A program made the translations under genes and the position numbers. 64,000 nt of DNA from Crocinitomicaceae bacterium (GTDB lineage Bacteria; Bacteroidota; Bacteroidia; Flavobacteriales_D; Sanyastnellaceae), in the NCBI GenBank assembly GCA_042095055.1, contig JBELBZ010000007.1, positions 20,673 through 84,672 on the forward strand. Direction: 5' to 3'. Below the pieces are notes generated by a model that did not search any database, had not been told where the DNA came from, and was given only the letters and a program-made list of their open reading frames with translations. Positions 28,987 through 39,300 of the stretch are shown piece by piece; the first letter of the stretch is position 1; each line of letters starts with the position of its first letter.

Positions 28987-29883
28987 TTATTTAACGACCC
29001 TCAAGAATTCTTTGGGCACCCGGGTTTTGACCTCCCACATGGCGTCCAATTCCGGGTCTGTAAGGACCATTCGAAAAAGGTGGACTCCCTGCCTGCCCAG
29101 CGGATCCGGGGCATCTGCACCGAGGCCGCACACCATGCAATTGTGGTGACGTAGACCTGGCAAGATTTCATTGATGTCCTGCAGGCCTGCCTTTACCTTG
29201 AGAATGGTGAACCGTCCACCTGAGCGCATGCGCCTGAATTGAAACTTCTTTGAAGAATACTTCTCTCCTGGCTTTTTGCGTGCGCTGAACTCGCCGTCCT
29301 CCTCGATTTCTCCATGGAGCAGCAAATAGCTTTCAAATTGTTGGGTGGACCAGCTTTCTTGCAGGCGTTTGCGAAGGCCCATGTCCCGCACGACAACCGC
29401 TATTCCACTGCTGTCCTTGTCCATCATGTTGACGAAGTGAACCGCCCTCTCAGGATTCCCTCCGGCGAGATCTCGGGCGACCAAATAGTCTTTTACCCTC
29501 GTGAAACTTGTGTCTACACGGGGATTGGGAGAGGCCAATATCCAGCCTGCCGGTTTCAGGTAGCAGAAGATGTCATCGTCTTCGTACAGCACCTCAAAGG
29601 GCAAGTCGTCATCGGGTCGAATGGACTTGGTGGCATTGGCCGGTTCTGATTTTCGCGCTTCCTTCTCTTCTGGGACGGAAATCTCTTGTCCCGTGGGAAT
29701 GACCAGGGACGGAATCTTCACCACTTCGCCTTCTACCCTCACAGCACCGCCTTTGATCAGGTTGCGCGAAGCCGTGGTACTGCGCAACCCCAGTTCAGAG
29801 CGAACCAAGGCATGCAGTGGGGCTTCAATTTCAGAAGTCCAACGGCGGATGTTGATTTTTGGGCGGGGAGGTTTTGAAGCCAT
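28987..29883 (-). CDS. RluA-family-like pseudouridine synthase with S4 domain (divergent motif II)
   Basis: S4-like LHALVRSELGLRSTTASRNLIKGGAVRVEGEVV; KPAGW; the expected HRLD..TSG reads NMMDKDSSG. Start at ATG 29883; the track ORF begins at GTG 29901. Confidence 0.6.
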   Translation of the reverse strand: MASKPPRPKINIRRWTSEIEAPLHALVRSELGLRSTTASRNLIKGGAVRVEGEVVKIPSLVIPTGQEISVPEEKEARKSEPANATKSIRPDDDLPFEVLYEDDDIFCYLKPAGWILASPNPRVDTSFTRVKDYLVARDLAGGNPERAVHFVNMMDKDSSGIAVVVRDMGLRKRLQESWSTQQFESYLLLHGEIEEDGEFSARKKPGEKYSSKKFQFRRMRSGGRFTILKVKAGLQDINEILPGLRHHNCMVCGLGADAPDPLGRQGVHLFRMVLTDPELDAMWEVKTRVPKEFLRVVK

Positions 29884-29910
29884 AGCGGGCGCAAGATGCA
29901 CCGGGATTCC

Positions 29911-32900
29911 TCATTCCTCGCAGCCTTGACCGTACAAAGCCAACAAAGCCAAGATGTCATTGGCAGAAACAGCACCGTCTCCTGTGATGTCCACCGTGCA
30001 TTCAGACGAACATCCGAACTCCGACAACACGGCAAGGATGTCTGTGGCCCCAAAAAAACCGTCTCCATCGAGGTCCTCAGGGCATTGGCTTTCCCAGCAG
30101 GTGAAATCGCACATATCATTGGAGATCGAGGCCGATGGATCAAAATTGCAGGCGGTGCTGTCTGTGCACCCGACAACAGCAGGCAAGGGCAAGCAAAACG
30201 ACCCCCCCACTCCGCTGGAGAAGCCTATGCCTGCCGCACTGGTGTCCGTCACTGACCAAATTCCAACTCCTCCCATGGAGGCCACGACCAGATCCCCTTC
30301 CATACCGCAGTTGGTGCTGGTAAAACCGTTGCTCCCCCGGTCGACGAGGATCACTTCATAACAGCCGTGGGTCAGGCACACAGTATCCACGGTGGGTGCT
30401 TCGGGGACAAAGTGTTGCCGGCGATGCCATGACACACCCGTCGAATCTGACAGCGCCCAGGCCGTCTCCATCGGGTGGCAATCCGCTGTGGTGGTCACAA
30501 CGACTGGGCCGGTGCCCACCCTGTGCTCCCAGGTGACGCCCAAAGCATCGTTTTCTGAAATGGCATCTACACCGGAGGTCAGTTCGCCCGCTGCTAAACC
30601 GCCATGGAGTCCAACCACCTCGAGGATGCGCACAACCAGTTCATTCTTGTGGCCCACTGTGCCGCGATTGACGTTGGGCCAAGGCAATGAGGCCTCTTGA
30701 TTTGGTGCCAACAACATCCCGTATTGGACCGTGTCGATGCCGTTCCACAGCAGCGTCATGGCCGCCAAAGTGTCTGAGCCAGCATTGCGTGCTGTGGCCG
30801 TCACATGAAGGGGTCCTGCACACTGTGTGGCCTGGTGCCCGTGAATGCCAGTCAATGCCGCGTCTCTTGCTGGCGGCGTAAACAGCGGTGCGCGCCAAAT
30901 CCCACTTCCGTAAGTCGCCAGAAGCAATTCTCCTGTCGAAGACCGCACCCCAAGGTCACTGCACAACACCTCTGGCAGCCCAGTCTTGTATGGCGTCCAC
31001 AGGTCTGAACCGCTGTTGAGCGCATAAACGCCAGCATCCGTACCTGCATAGAGGTCGCCACTTTCTGGGTGCCGGGCCAGGGTATTGACAGGCAAATCCG
31101 GCAGCCCCTCTCCTGCGTCTGTCCACGTCAATCCGGCATCGGAGGTCTTCCATACGCGCTGGCCCTCTTCATATCCTCCGAATGACATCCAGAACACATC
31201 CGCATCTGCGTGGTCGAAGACCACATCGAGGATGGGCAAACCGGGCAGGTCTGAAAGGGGGGTCCAATGCTCTAAGTTCTGCGTGGCAAAGGCAAACGCG
31301 CCGCGGGCCACGACTGCAGTGCTGTCATCCGATGGCGCCAAAGCCAAGACTTCCATTTCTGCGCCTGACAGCGCGCTTGTTTGCTCCCATGTTTCGCCTT
31401 GATTGTCGGTCCAGTAGAGCCTGTGTTTGGCGATAAAAATGCGGTCGGGGTTGGAGGGAGCGTATGCCATAGGCGTGTTCCAGTCTCCCCTTTCATTGAC
31501 CCCTTCCCCGTTGCTTCCCAGCCAGAGGTCCCAGGTCCATCCGCCATCCAATGAGAGGTGGGCCTTGCCGAAGTATTCCGCAGCGACCAAGGTGTCGGGT
31601 TCGTTGGGATCGATGAGGCAGTGAAATCCGTCGGCTCCGATGACCTGGGCATGAATGTCGTCTGCGAGCAGGTTGATGCCATTGTCTTGCCATCCCGATA
31701 TCAAGCGGTCTGGCCTGCTGTTTGCAAAACCGAGGTTGTACACCTGGCCCACATTGAGGCCCTCTGTTAAGGTCTCAAAACCGTTTTCGCGTTTGCGGGA
31801 TACCCCGCCGTCATGGGCGCTGACCCAATGGTTGCTGCCAGGCACGAAACTGAGGGCGTGGTGGTCGGCATGAACGAAATCTGCGTCTTGTTCACCAAAC
31901 CAATGGCCTATGCACGCCCAAGTGTCACCTCCGTCATGGGATTCCCAAATGTTGACGCCACCAGCGATGATGTGATGTTCGTCCACTGGATCGATGGCGA
32001 GCGCCAGGTCATAGAACCCTTGGCCTCCAAAATCTGCGCCTGCATAGGTCCACCCCAAAAGGTTGGGCAAGTCTGGAACCTCGGTATAGGTCTGCCCGCT
32101 GTCTTGGCTGACATAGAAGCCTTGGAGCCCTTGCGATCCGCTTTTTGCAGCTATTGCCGCCAAAACCTGAGGGTTTGATGCCGATGCGGCCAAGGTGTAC
32201 CTGCTCACAGAGAATGTGGAGGGCAAACCTTGAACTGCATTCCAATGGCGCCCGCCATCGGTGGAACGCAGCAGTTCCCCTGGACGCAAGGCTGCGTGCC
32301 AAACAGCGGAGTCTCCCGGATGTGGAATCAGGTCAGAACAGATCCCAGAGTATGTCAACGAGAAGGTCTCTCCATTGTCCTCGCTCAGCCATATTCCGTC
32401 GCTGGTGGCGACCAAAATGTGATGTGGGGCACCCACTTTTCGGTGTACCCTGCTGCATGTGGCCGACTCTGAAAGTGCGAATGTGAGTCCTGTTGTTTGC
32501 CATGTTGCCCCCATATCCGAGGTGGACATGAGTCCTATCCCATAGGCGCTGCCGAAGTCAGAATCTCCCGTAGCAGCCAATATGCTCAATGAATCGGCAG
32601 GGTGCAAGGCCACATCGGACACCCCCATTCCAGCCCAATCTTGTGTCCCCAAAAGGTTCCAGTGTTGTCCTGAATCTTCAGAACGCCAAAGCCCTCCACT
32701 TGGCGCGCAGGCATACCATTCGGCCGTGTCTTGGGCGGATACGACCACGCGGTTTACCCGGCCAGCACCCCCCACAAGCGGTGAGCCTGTGGGAATGGCT
32801 TGTCGCCAAACAGCCTCAGGTTCTGAATCACGTGCGGCCCTGCCCATCCGTTCCCATTGCGTGGCCTCCCAAGGCGCAGCGGCTTTGAAGGGGCTTGCAC

Positions 32901-33156
32901 CGTCAAAAGCAAAGCGGGCAGTGGCAAAATGTCGCCAACGCATAAACGGCTTAAACCCTTTGCCCTTCTGAGGTAGGCTGTCAGTCCAGGTGGCGTCAAA
33001 CGCGTTGAATGCGGAGCTCCAATCTCCTTGGGGCAGCGCCCCTTCACTCCAGTGTTGGGCCTGAAGAGAAAATGTGGACCAAACCAAGAGGCAGCCCGCC
33101 AAGAAAGGCGCGCATAAGGGCCGTTTGGCCCCCTGTTGGTCAGGGAAACGGAGCAT
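29911..33156 (-). CDS. secreted BNR/Asp-box (sortilin/VPS10- or GH74-like) multi-propeller protein, one Cys-rich module, dockerin-like C-terminal module
   Basis: Repeated SxDxGxTW boxes (SEDSGQHWN, STSDMGATWQ, SEDNGETFS, STDGGRHWN, SQDSGQTYT, SHDGGDTWA, TDNQGETWE, TSDAGLTWT). Start at ATG 33156 (MLRFPDQQGAKRPLCAPFLAGCLLVWSTFSLQAQ). Confidence 0.7.
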   Translation of the reverse strand: MLRFPDQQGAKRPLCAPFLAGCLLVWSTFSLQAQHWSEGALPQGDWSSAFNAFDATWTDSLPQKGKGFKPFMRWRHFATARFAFDGASPFKAAAPWEATQWERMGRAARDSEPEAVWRQAIPTGSPLVGGAGRVNRVVVSAQDTAEWYACAPSGGLWRSEDSGQHWNLLGTQDWAGMGVSDVALHPADSLSILAATGDSDFGSAYGIGLMSTSDMGATWQTTGLTFALSESATCSRVHRKVGAPHHILVATSDGIWLSEDNGETFSLTYSGICSDLIPHPGDSAVWHAALRPGELLRSTDGGRHWNAVQGLPSTFSVSRYTLAASASNPQVLAAIAAKSGSQGLQGFYVSQDSGQTYTEVPDLPNLLGWTYAGADFGGQGFYDLALAIDPVDEHHIIAGGVNIWESHDGGDTWACIGHWFGEQDADFVHADHHALSFVPGSNHWVSAHDGGVSRKRENGFETLTEGLNVGQVYNLGFANSRPDRLISGWQDNGINLLADDIHAQVIGADGFHCLIDPNEPDTLVAAEYFGKAHLSLDGGWTWDLWLGSNGEGVNERGDWNTPMAYAPSNPDRIFIAKHRLYWTDNQGETWEQTSALSGAEMEVLALAPSDDSTAVVARGAFAFATQNLEHWTPLSDLPGLPILDVVFDHADADVFWMSFGGYEEGQRVWKTSDAGLTWTDAGEGLPDLPVNTLARHPESGDLYAGTDAGVYALNSGSDLWTPYKTGLPEVLCSDLGVRSSTGELLLATYGSGIWRAPLFTPPARDAALTGIHGHQATQCAGPLHVTATARNAGSDTLAAMTLLWNGIDTVQYGMLLAPNQEASLPWPNVNRGTVGHKNELVVRILEVVGLHGGLAAGELTSGVDAISENDALGVTWEHRVGTGPVVVTTTADCHPMETAWALSDSTGVSWHRRQHFVPEAPTVDTVCLTHGCYEVILVDRGSNGFTSTNCGMEGDLVVASMGGVGIWSVTDTSAAGIGFSSGVGGSFCLPLPAVVGCTDSTACNFDPSASISNDMCDFTCWESQCPEDLDGDGFFGATDILAVLSEFGCSSECTVDITGDGAVSANDILALLALYGQGCEE
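29914..30084 (-). other. dockerin-like 4-Cys double DxDGDG C-terminal module
   Basis: CPEDLDGDGFFGATDILAVLSEFGCSSECTVDITGDGAVSANDILALLALYGQGCEE, then stop. Confidence 0.8.
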
Positions 33157-33253
33157 CGTGGTTTTGGTTGCCACTTGAAGGTGCACCTGTCGTCAGACAG
33201 ATGTCCACACCAAGGCCTCAAGTGGTTGACCTTGGGGTGGTGGCTGCATGAAT

Positions 33254-36202
33254 TTAGTCGGGGCAAGCCAGTCCAAAGGTGGACAATGCCACCAATATAT
33301 CGCTGGCCGCGACCATGCCGTCTCCATTCAAATCTGGGTCACCACATTCAGATTGACATCCAAAGGCACCCAGCATGACGAGAATGTCGGCTGCCCCGCG
33401 CAAGCCGTCGCCATTAAAGTCTCCTGGACACACCTGTTCATCCTCGTCACAAATCCCATTTTCATTGAGGTCGTTTAAACAGCGGCCCAGGCAGTCCACC
33501 GTAGCCTCACCGTCCACAACCGCGTCGGGAAAGAGGTCTTCAGGGGCAGCACAACTCCCATTGTCCAAAGTAGCCATGGGATTGTAGTTGCAGTAGTTCT
33601 CGTCAGTGCACCCGGCACAACTGGTGAATTCACATGAACTGTCGTCATCTGTGGCTTCCCCGTCAAAGTTGCAGGCGGTTGAATCCGTGCAGCCCAGCTG
33701 TTCCTCCTCGTCACATATTCCATCGCCATCGTTGTCGTTCAGACATTGGTCATCGCAATCCACATAACCTTTGTTGAACAGATCCACGGGGAATTGGCAT
33801 GTGCCATCGTCAATCAGGGCAGTGGGGTCATAGTTGCAAGCCACCGAAGAGGTGCATCCAGAACAACTTGAGTAGTCGCAGGAACCGTCAGAGACCCACG
33901 CACCGGCGTCGTGGTTGCATGCTGCAGGGTTGATGCAACCGGCACACGATGTGAAATCACACCCTCCGTCATCGATCGTGGCAGTGCCCAAAAAGTTGCA
34001 CGCCAGGGCATCCATGCACCCGCTGACTTCTTCTTCATCGCACACCCCATTGGCATTGATGTCGTTGTAGCAAGTTCCACTGCAGTCCACAAAGGCTGAG
34101 GGGTGCAAATCCTGAATAAACAGGCAGGTCTCATTGGAGGGTTGGGTGAATGCCGCCTCGAAGTTGCAGGCTTCATTGTCCATGCATCCGTAACAATCAA
34201 AAGTGCAACTGCCATCGTCAGCATCGGCATTGGCGTCATAGTTGCAGGCCTGAGGGATGGTGCAACCGTCGATCATGCTCAGTCCAGCCCTTTCTTCTCC
34301 AGATGTGGCCATCCCTTCACCTTCGCAGCTTGCGAAATCACAGGCACCCACTTTATAGAGGTCGGCATCGGGGTCATAATTGCAGGCAAATCCCAGTGGA
34401 CAAGCTGCGCAGGTGATAAAGTCACATGTGCCGTCATCCGCGTTGGCCGCAGGGTCGAAATTGCACGCCTTGGGTGAAGTGCAGCCATCGTACCTGCAAG
34501 CGAAATCAATGGTGGCACAAGCTTCGTAGTTGTCAGCTGTAGTGTCGGTACAGCCTGTTATCCGGAGTGCCGGGCTAAAGCTGTTGGAGTTGCACAATTC
34601 AACTTGGCCGTCGCGGTCCACCCCAGCAACCTGCAGTTCAGAATTCGAAAAGGTGTTGTTGAGCAGAGCGGTAGAAATGTCGGCTGATTGGGTAAAGGCT
34701 ACGCTGTGCAATTGGAGGGTGCAGTCGTTCATGGCAAAGGTGTCTGACTCCCCTCCTGCACTCAGTTTGACAGCCTCCCCGCCTGCATTTTCAAACAGGC
34801 AGGCTTCGACCAACGTGGCGCCAGAATCTGTCCCGTCGTGGGCCACCTCCAATCCAGTTGTATTCTCCTTGAGCGTACTGTTTGATACGGTTAAACTGCC
34901 AGACCGGTGAATCACCCCTTGAGCGAATCCCGACACTTTGACTTCCTGTAATTCGGTCATGTGACGCGCCACAACACCGCTGCTGGGTGCCGCATTGCTG
35001 CCTGCGATGACGCTGTTTTTGAGGGTGAGGCCCGCGGCACTGCTTGTGACATCTACAGCATTGCCGGCGGTGGCGTTTATTCGAACCCCATCCACCACAG
35101 GGTGGCCAGCCTGGACGATGATTCCATCCAGCACAGATTCGACATCGCGCTGCGCTGCATTGGTCCCTGTCAGTCCAGCATTCGCTCCTACCAAGTTGAT
35201 GCTTGCTCCCACTTCGATGGGACCTTCATCGAAGGTTCCGGGCTCCAGCTTGATCGTGGTATTGTCGTCTGCAACGTTGACTGCACTTTGGACGGACATT
35301 CCAGGAAATACAGTCATGTCCTGGGTGACCATGCTGTAAGAAACCAGTGTTTGAATTTCCGCGCCGAGATTGGCAGCGACTTCGCGCACATTGTCGTTGT
35401 GCACGAGAATGCAACCCGTGAGGTCGTCACCTGGAGCTTCTAACAAGTACTCGAATCCATCTGCTGTCATGCTGATGGGGAACCCGCTACCGGAACCTAC
35501 TGGAACCAAGGCGGGGTCAATCTGCACAATGACACCGCCGCCACCGAGGTCCTGGGGCCCTTCCAAATCGAGTTCACCCACAAAGGAAATGGCATTGACC
35601 TCTTGGTCATAATAGTTCGACTCCATGATGGCGATGTCGCCGAAACCATTGCCCGCGCTCGTAATGTTTTCAATCACAGTATTGGAACAGGTGCTCAGCG
35701 CCAAGCCAAAACCGATGGTGCTGTTGCTGACTGTGAGGTTTTTCAGGGTGTTCTGGCTGGGACCCGTGAGTCCATTTAAATCGATGCAAGTCTTGGTGGA
35801 TTCACTGACCACAATGTCCTGCAGGGTGAGCCCTGTGATGCCCGGTTCACTGTGCACTGCATATGCGTCATTGGCGCCTCCGCCCACAATGGTCAGGTCT
35901 TGCAGGGTAATGTTGTTGCTGGACAAGGTGATGCCCCAGCCGTCCATGGTGGACACGTCGATAATGGAGGTCCCATTGGGATCGCCAGCCAAAGTCAAGG
36001 GCATTGAAATGCTCACATGTTCTGTGAACCTCGATGCTGCCAGCTGAATGAAGTCTCCAGCGGCCGCCTCCGCCATCGCAGCAGCAATGTCATCATAGCT
36101 GGCACCGGTGGTCACGTTCAATACGGGCACAATGGGCGTCACTTGCGCTTGTACACAGTGCACCACAGTAAACAGGAAAAGCGCAGTAAGAATTCGCAGC
36201 AT
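33254..36202 (-). CDS. giant secreted beta-helix protein with Cys-rich module array and dockerin-like C-terminal module (982 aa)
   Basis: Signal MLRILTALFLFTVVHCVQAQ. N-terminal about 550 aa is beta-helix-like and paralogous to 36346..40902. Then about 11 Cys-rich modules, 3 DxDxDG units, and the terminal double DxDGDG module. Confidence 0.75.
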   Translation of the reverse strand: MLRILTALFLFTVVHCVQAQVTPIVPVLNVTTGASYDDIAAAMAEAAAGDFIQLAASRFTEHVSISMPLTLAGDPNGTSIIDVSTMDGWGITLSSNNITLQDLTIVGGGANDAYAVHSEPGITGLTLQDIVVSESTKTCIDLNGLTGPSQNTLKNLTVSNSTIGFGLALSTCSNTVIENITSAGNGFGDIAIMESNYYDQEVNAISFVGELDLEGPQDLGGGGVIVQIDPALVPVGSGSGFPISMTADGFEYLLEAPGDDLTGCILVHNDNVREVAANLGAEIQTLVSYSMVTQDMTVFPGMSVQSAVNVADDNTTIKLEPGTFDEGPIEVGASINLVGANAGLTGTNAAQRDVESVLDGIIVQAGHPVVDGVRINATAGNAVDVTSSAAGLTLKNSVIAGSNAAPSSGVVARHMTELQEVKVSGFAQGVIHRSGSLTVSNSTLKENTTGLEVAHDGTDSGATLVEACLFENAGGEAVKLSAGGESDTFAMNDCTLQLHSVAFTQSADISTALLNNTFSNSELQVAGVDRDGQVELCNSNSFSPALRITGCTDTTADNYEACATIDFACRYDGCTSPKACNFDPAANADDGTCDFITCAACPLGFACNYDPDADLYKVGACDFASCEGEGMATSGEERAGLSMIDGCTIPQACNYDANADADDGSCTFDCYGCMDNEACNFEAAFTQPSNETCLFIQDLHPSAFVDCSGTCYNDINANGVCDEEEVSGCMDALACNFLGTATIDDGGCDFTSCAGCINPAACNHDAGAWVSDGSCDYSSCSGCTSSVACNYDPTALIDDGTCQFPVDLFNKGYVDCDDQCLNDNDGDGICDEEEQLGCTDSTACNFDGEATDDDSSCEFTSCAGCTDENYCNYNPMATLDNGSCAAPEDLFPDAVVDGEATVDCLGRCLNDLNENGICDEDEQVCPGDFNGDGLRGAADILVMLGAFGCQSECGDPDLNGDGMVAASDILVALSTFGLACPD
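33257..33430 (-). other. dockerin-like 4-Cys double DxDGDG C-terminal module
   Basis: CPGDFNGDGLRGAADILVMLGAFGCQSECGDPDLNGDGMVAASDILVALSTFGLACPD, then stop. Confidence 0.8.
33431..34555 (-). repeat. in-frame array of about 11 Cys-rich modules plus 3 DxDxDG units
   Basis: From ...GCTDTTADNYEAC... to ...NENGICDEDEQV. Same module as in 36520..39216. Confidence 0.85.
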
Positions 36203-36221
36203 GACAAAAAGGTCTTAGCTA

Positions 36222-36229
36222 CAAATATA
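36222..36229 (-). promoter_or_regulatory. putative -7 box (TATATTTG) for 33254..36202
   Basis: Minus sense TATATTTG fits TAnnTTTG, 19 nt upstream of ATG 36202. No clear -33 TTG at canonical spacing. Confidence 0.3.
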
Positions 36230-36295
36230 CGAGATTAAGCGATTAATTATACGTATTCGAGGGTCAATTTTTTTGGGCCTGTCGCTTTCAGCCAT

Positions 36296-36320
36296 AAAAA
36301 AAGGGGCCTGAACAGGCCCC
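36296..36320 (-). terminator. Rho-independent terminator of 36346..40902
   Basis: Minus sense has the GGGGCCTG / CAGGCCCC stem followed by a 7-U tract (plus-strand A-run 36296-36302), 26 nt after the stop. Confidence 0.8.
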
Positions 36321-36345
36321 TTATTCATGGTTCAAATAGCGTGTT

Positions 36346-39300
36346 TCACTCACAGTATGTCCCGAAGTAACTCAGCATTGCCAGCACGTCTGAAGCCGTT
36401 ACGAAGCCGTCCATATCCAAATCAGCGTCACCGCAGTCAGCGGCGCAACCGTAAGCTGCCAGGACTACCAGCACGTCGCTGGCAGTGCGCACGCCGTCTT
36501 CATTGAAGTCGCCAGCACACACATCGTCCTCGTTGCAAATGCCATCTCCATCTTCGTCATTGTTATTGACCGTTCCATCAGGGTTGCAGGTGGCACATTC
36601 TGTCTCTGGAAATACACAGGACCCGTCGTTGTCTGTGGCATTGGTATTGAAATTGCAGGCCAACGGATCATCGCAACCGCTGAGTTCTAATTCATCACAG
36701 ACGCCATCGCCATCCGCATCATTGATGCACCCACCTGAGCAGTCGAGATATGGCTCTTCAGGATAAGTGCACGATCCGTCTTCAATGGCCGCACCGGGTT
36801 CGTAGTTGCAGGCTGTTGCATCGGTACACCCTGTCTCGTCTTCATCACAAATGCCATCACCGTCAGCATCATTCAGGCATTCGCCAAAACAGTTGAGATA
36901 GTCTTTGCCGTACAATGAGGCCGGTGTTGTGCACGATCCATCATCGAATTGGGCGGCTGAATTGTAATTGCATGCGCTGGGGTCTGTACAACCACCACAG
37001 CTTGAGTATTCGCAGGACCCATCGTCAAAGTCGGCTGATGCCGTATAGTTACACGCCAAAGGATCTGTGCAGGCACTCAACTCGTCTTCGTCGCAGATTC
37101 CGTCGTTATCCGAATCGTTCACACATTCTCCGCCGCAATCCAAATTGGTGACGTTGTACAGGTCCAATACGTAGATGCAACTTCCATCATCGGTGATGGC
37201 CCCTGAGGCATAGTTGCAACCTTCGGGGTCTGTGCAACCTTGACAAGATGCATAGTCACAAGAACCGTCATTGATGGTCGCCGATTCCACGTGGTTGCAC
37301 GCTCCAGGGTTGGTACAACCTGCACATGAGATGTAGTCACAAGAGCCATCATTTTCTGTAGCTGTATCCATGAAATTACAGGCAGTAACGTCATCACAGC
37401 CTCCAATTTCTAGGGGGTCACATACGCCGTCTCCGTCGGTATCGGAGAGACAGTCCCCATCACAGTTCAAATAGGTTTCAGTGGGATAAGTGCAGCTGTT
37501 GTTGATGGTGGCATCGGGATTGTAGTCACATGCTGTGGGGTCTGTACAACCCAAGCATGATACATAATCGCAATCGTTGCTTGGATTTGTAGCAGCTGCA
37601 TCAAAATTGCACGCTGTGTTGTCCATACATCCCGAGCAAGACAAGAAGTCGCACGTGCCGTCATCTTGGGTGGCCAAGGCATTGTAATTGCAAGCGCCTG
37701 CATTGGTGCATCCTGAAATCTCATCAGGGTCGCACACGCCGTTGCCGTCTGCATCTTCCAGGCAGTCACCGTTGCAGTCTACTGCATCGCTTCCATAAAG
37801 ATCGTTGGGGTAAATACAGGCACCATCTAAGCTTGCGGCTCCGTCATAGTTACAAGCTTCTATATCCATGCAGCCCGCACATGTCTCATAGTCACATGAC
37901 CCATCGTTGATTTCAGCGGAAGCATCATAGTTGCAGGCCTCGTTGTCGGTGCACCCAGCGCAGGAGGTGAACTCACATGTTCCATCATCTGTGATGGCCT
38001 GCATGTCGTAGTTGCATGCCAGCGCGTCTGTGCATCCCGTGACCTCTTCCTCGTCACAAATCCCATTGCTGTTTGCGTCGTTGTTGCATTCTCCGGCACA
38101 ATTGACATTGGGGTTTCCATAGAGCTCTAAGGGGTATGTACATGTGGATGTCGACAGAGTCGCCGAAGCATCATAGTTGCAGGCGCTGGCATTGGTACAG
38201 CCCGCACAGCTGTCGAATTCGCAATCGGCATCTTCTCCAAAGTTGCAGGCAAAAGAAAGGTTGCACACCTCCAAGGAGATCATGCCTGCAGACTGTCCAT
38301 AGCTGCAACCAAAGGTCAATTGTGGCAGAATATCTGGGTCGTAGTTCGATGCAGCAGGGTCACCACAGCAACTGAGGTAATCACATGTGGTGCCGTCGTG
38401 AATGAGCACCGTCGGATCATAGTTACAGAATCCTTCAATGGCACAACCTGCACATGAGGTGTATTCACAATTGCCAGCGTCGACACCAGCAGCAGCATCA
38501 TAATTGCATGCGCCTTGATCTGTGCACCCGCCATAGATGCATGAACCATCTTCTACTCCGGCGCCTGCGTTGAAATTGGTCGCCGTTTCATCGGTACAAC
38601 CAAATACGCGGCACGAGCCATCGTCAACGGTTGCATCAGCATCGTAATTGATCGCATCAGGATTCGTGCAGCCCCGGCAACTGGTGAAATCGCAATTGTC
38701 GGCATCGATGATGGCAGACTCGTCATAGTTGCATGCCCTCGGGTTCAGGCATCCGGAGCAGCTGTCATATTCACAATCTCCCAAATTGAAATTCGCATCC
38801 ATGTCATAGTTGCAAGCATTGGCATCGGTGCAACCATAGAAATAGCAAAGGCCATTGTTCAAGTTGGCGCTTGGATCGTAGTTGTCGGCCTCAGGATTCG
38901 TGCAGCCTGGTAACAGACAGGAACCATCGTCATAAATCGCAGAAGATTGGTAGTTCAATGCTTGTTCATCCGTACATCCGCGGCATGAATTGAACTCACA
39001 GCTTCCTGCTTCAAGGGTAGCAGAGCTGTTGTAATTACAGGCAATGGGGTTCAAGCAACCAGAACATGACTGGTATTCACAGCTTCCGTCTTCTGCTCCT
39101 GCAGCAGCGTTGTAATTGCAGGCGTTTTCATCTGTGCAACCGCCATATAGACAGTTGCCGGAATTCATGGAGGCGCACTGCTCATAGTTTACTGCAGACG
39201 GGTCATCACAGGCATCAATCGAAATGACTGGATTGCTGAAGTCATTTTGCTCACAAAGTGCAACGCGCGTTGCAAGGTCTGTGCCTATGACCTGCTCTTC

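Noticed and set aside
36520-39216. Periodic DNA repeats that could suggest a CRISPR or satellite array
   Set aside because: The periodicity is in-frame protein-coding (Cys-rich modules) within an uninterrupted ORF. The repeats are degenerate at DNA level, and there are no spacer-like unique segments or cas genes.
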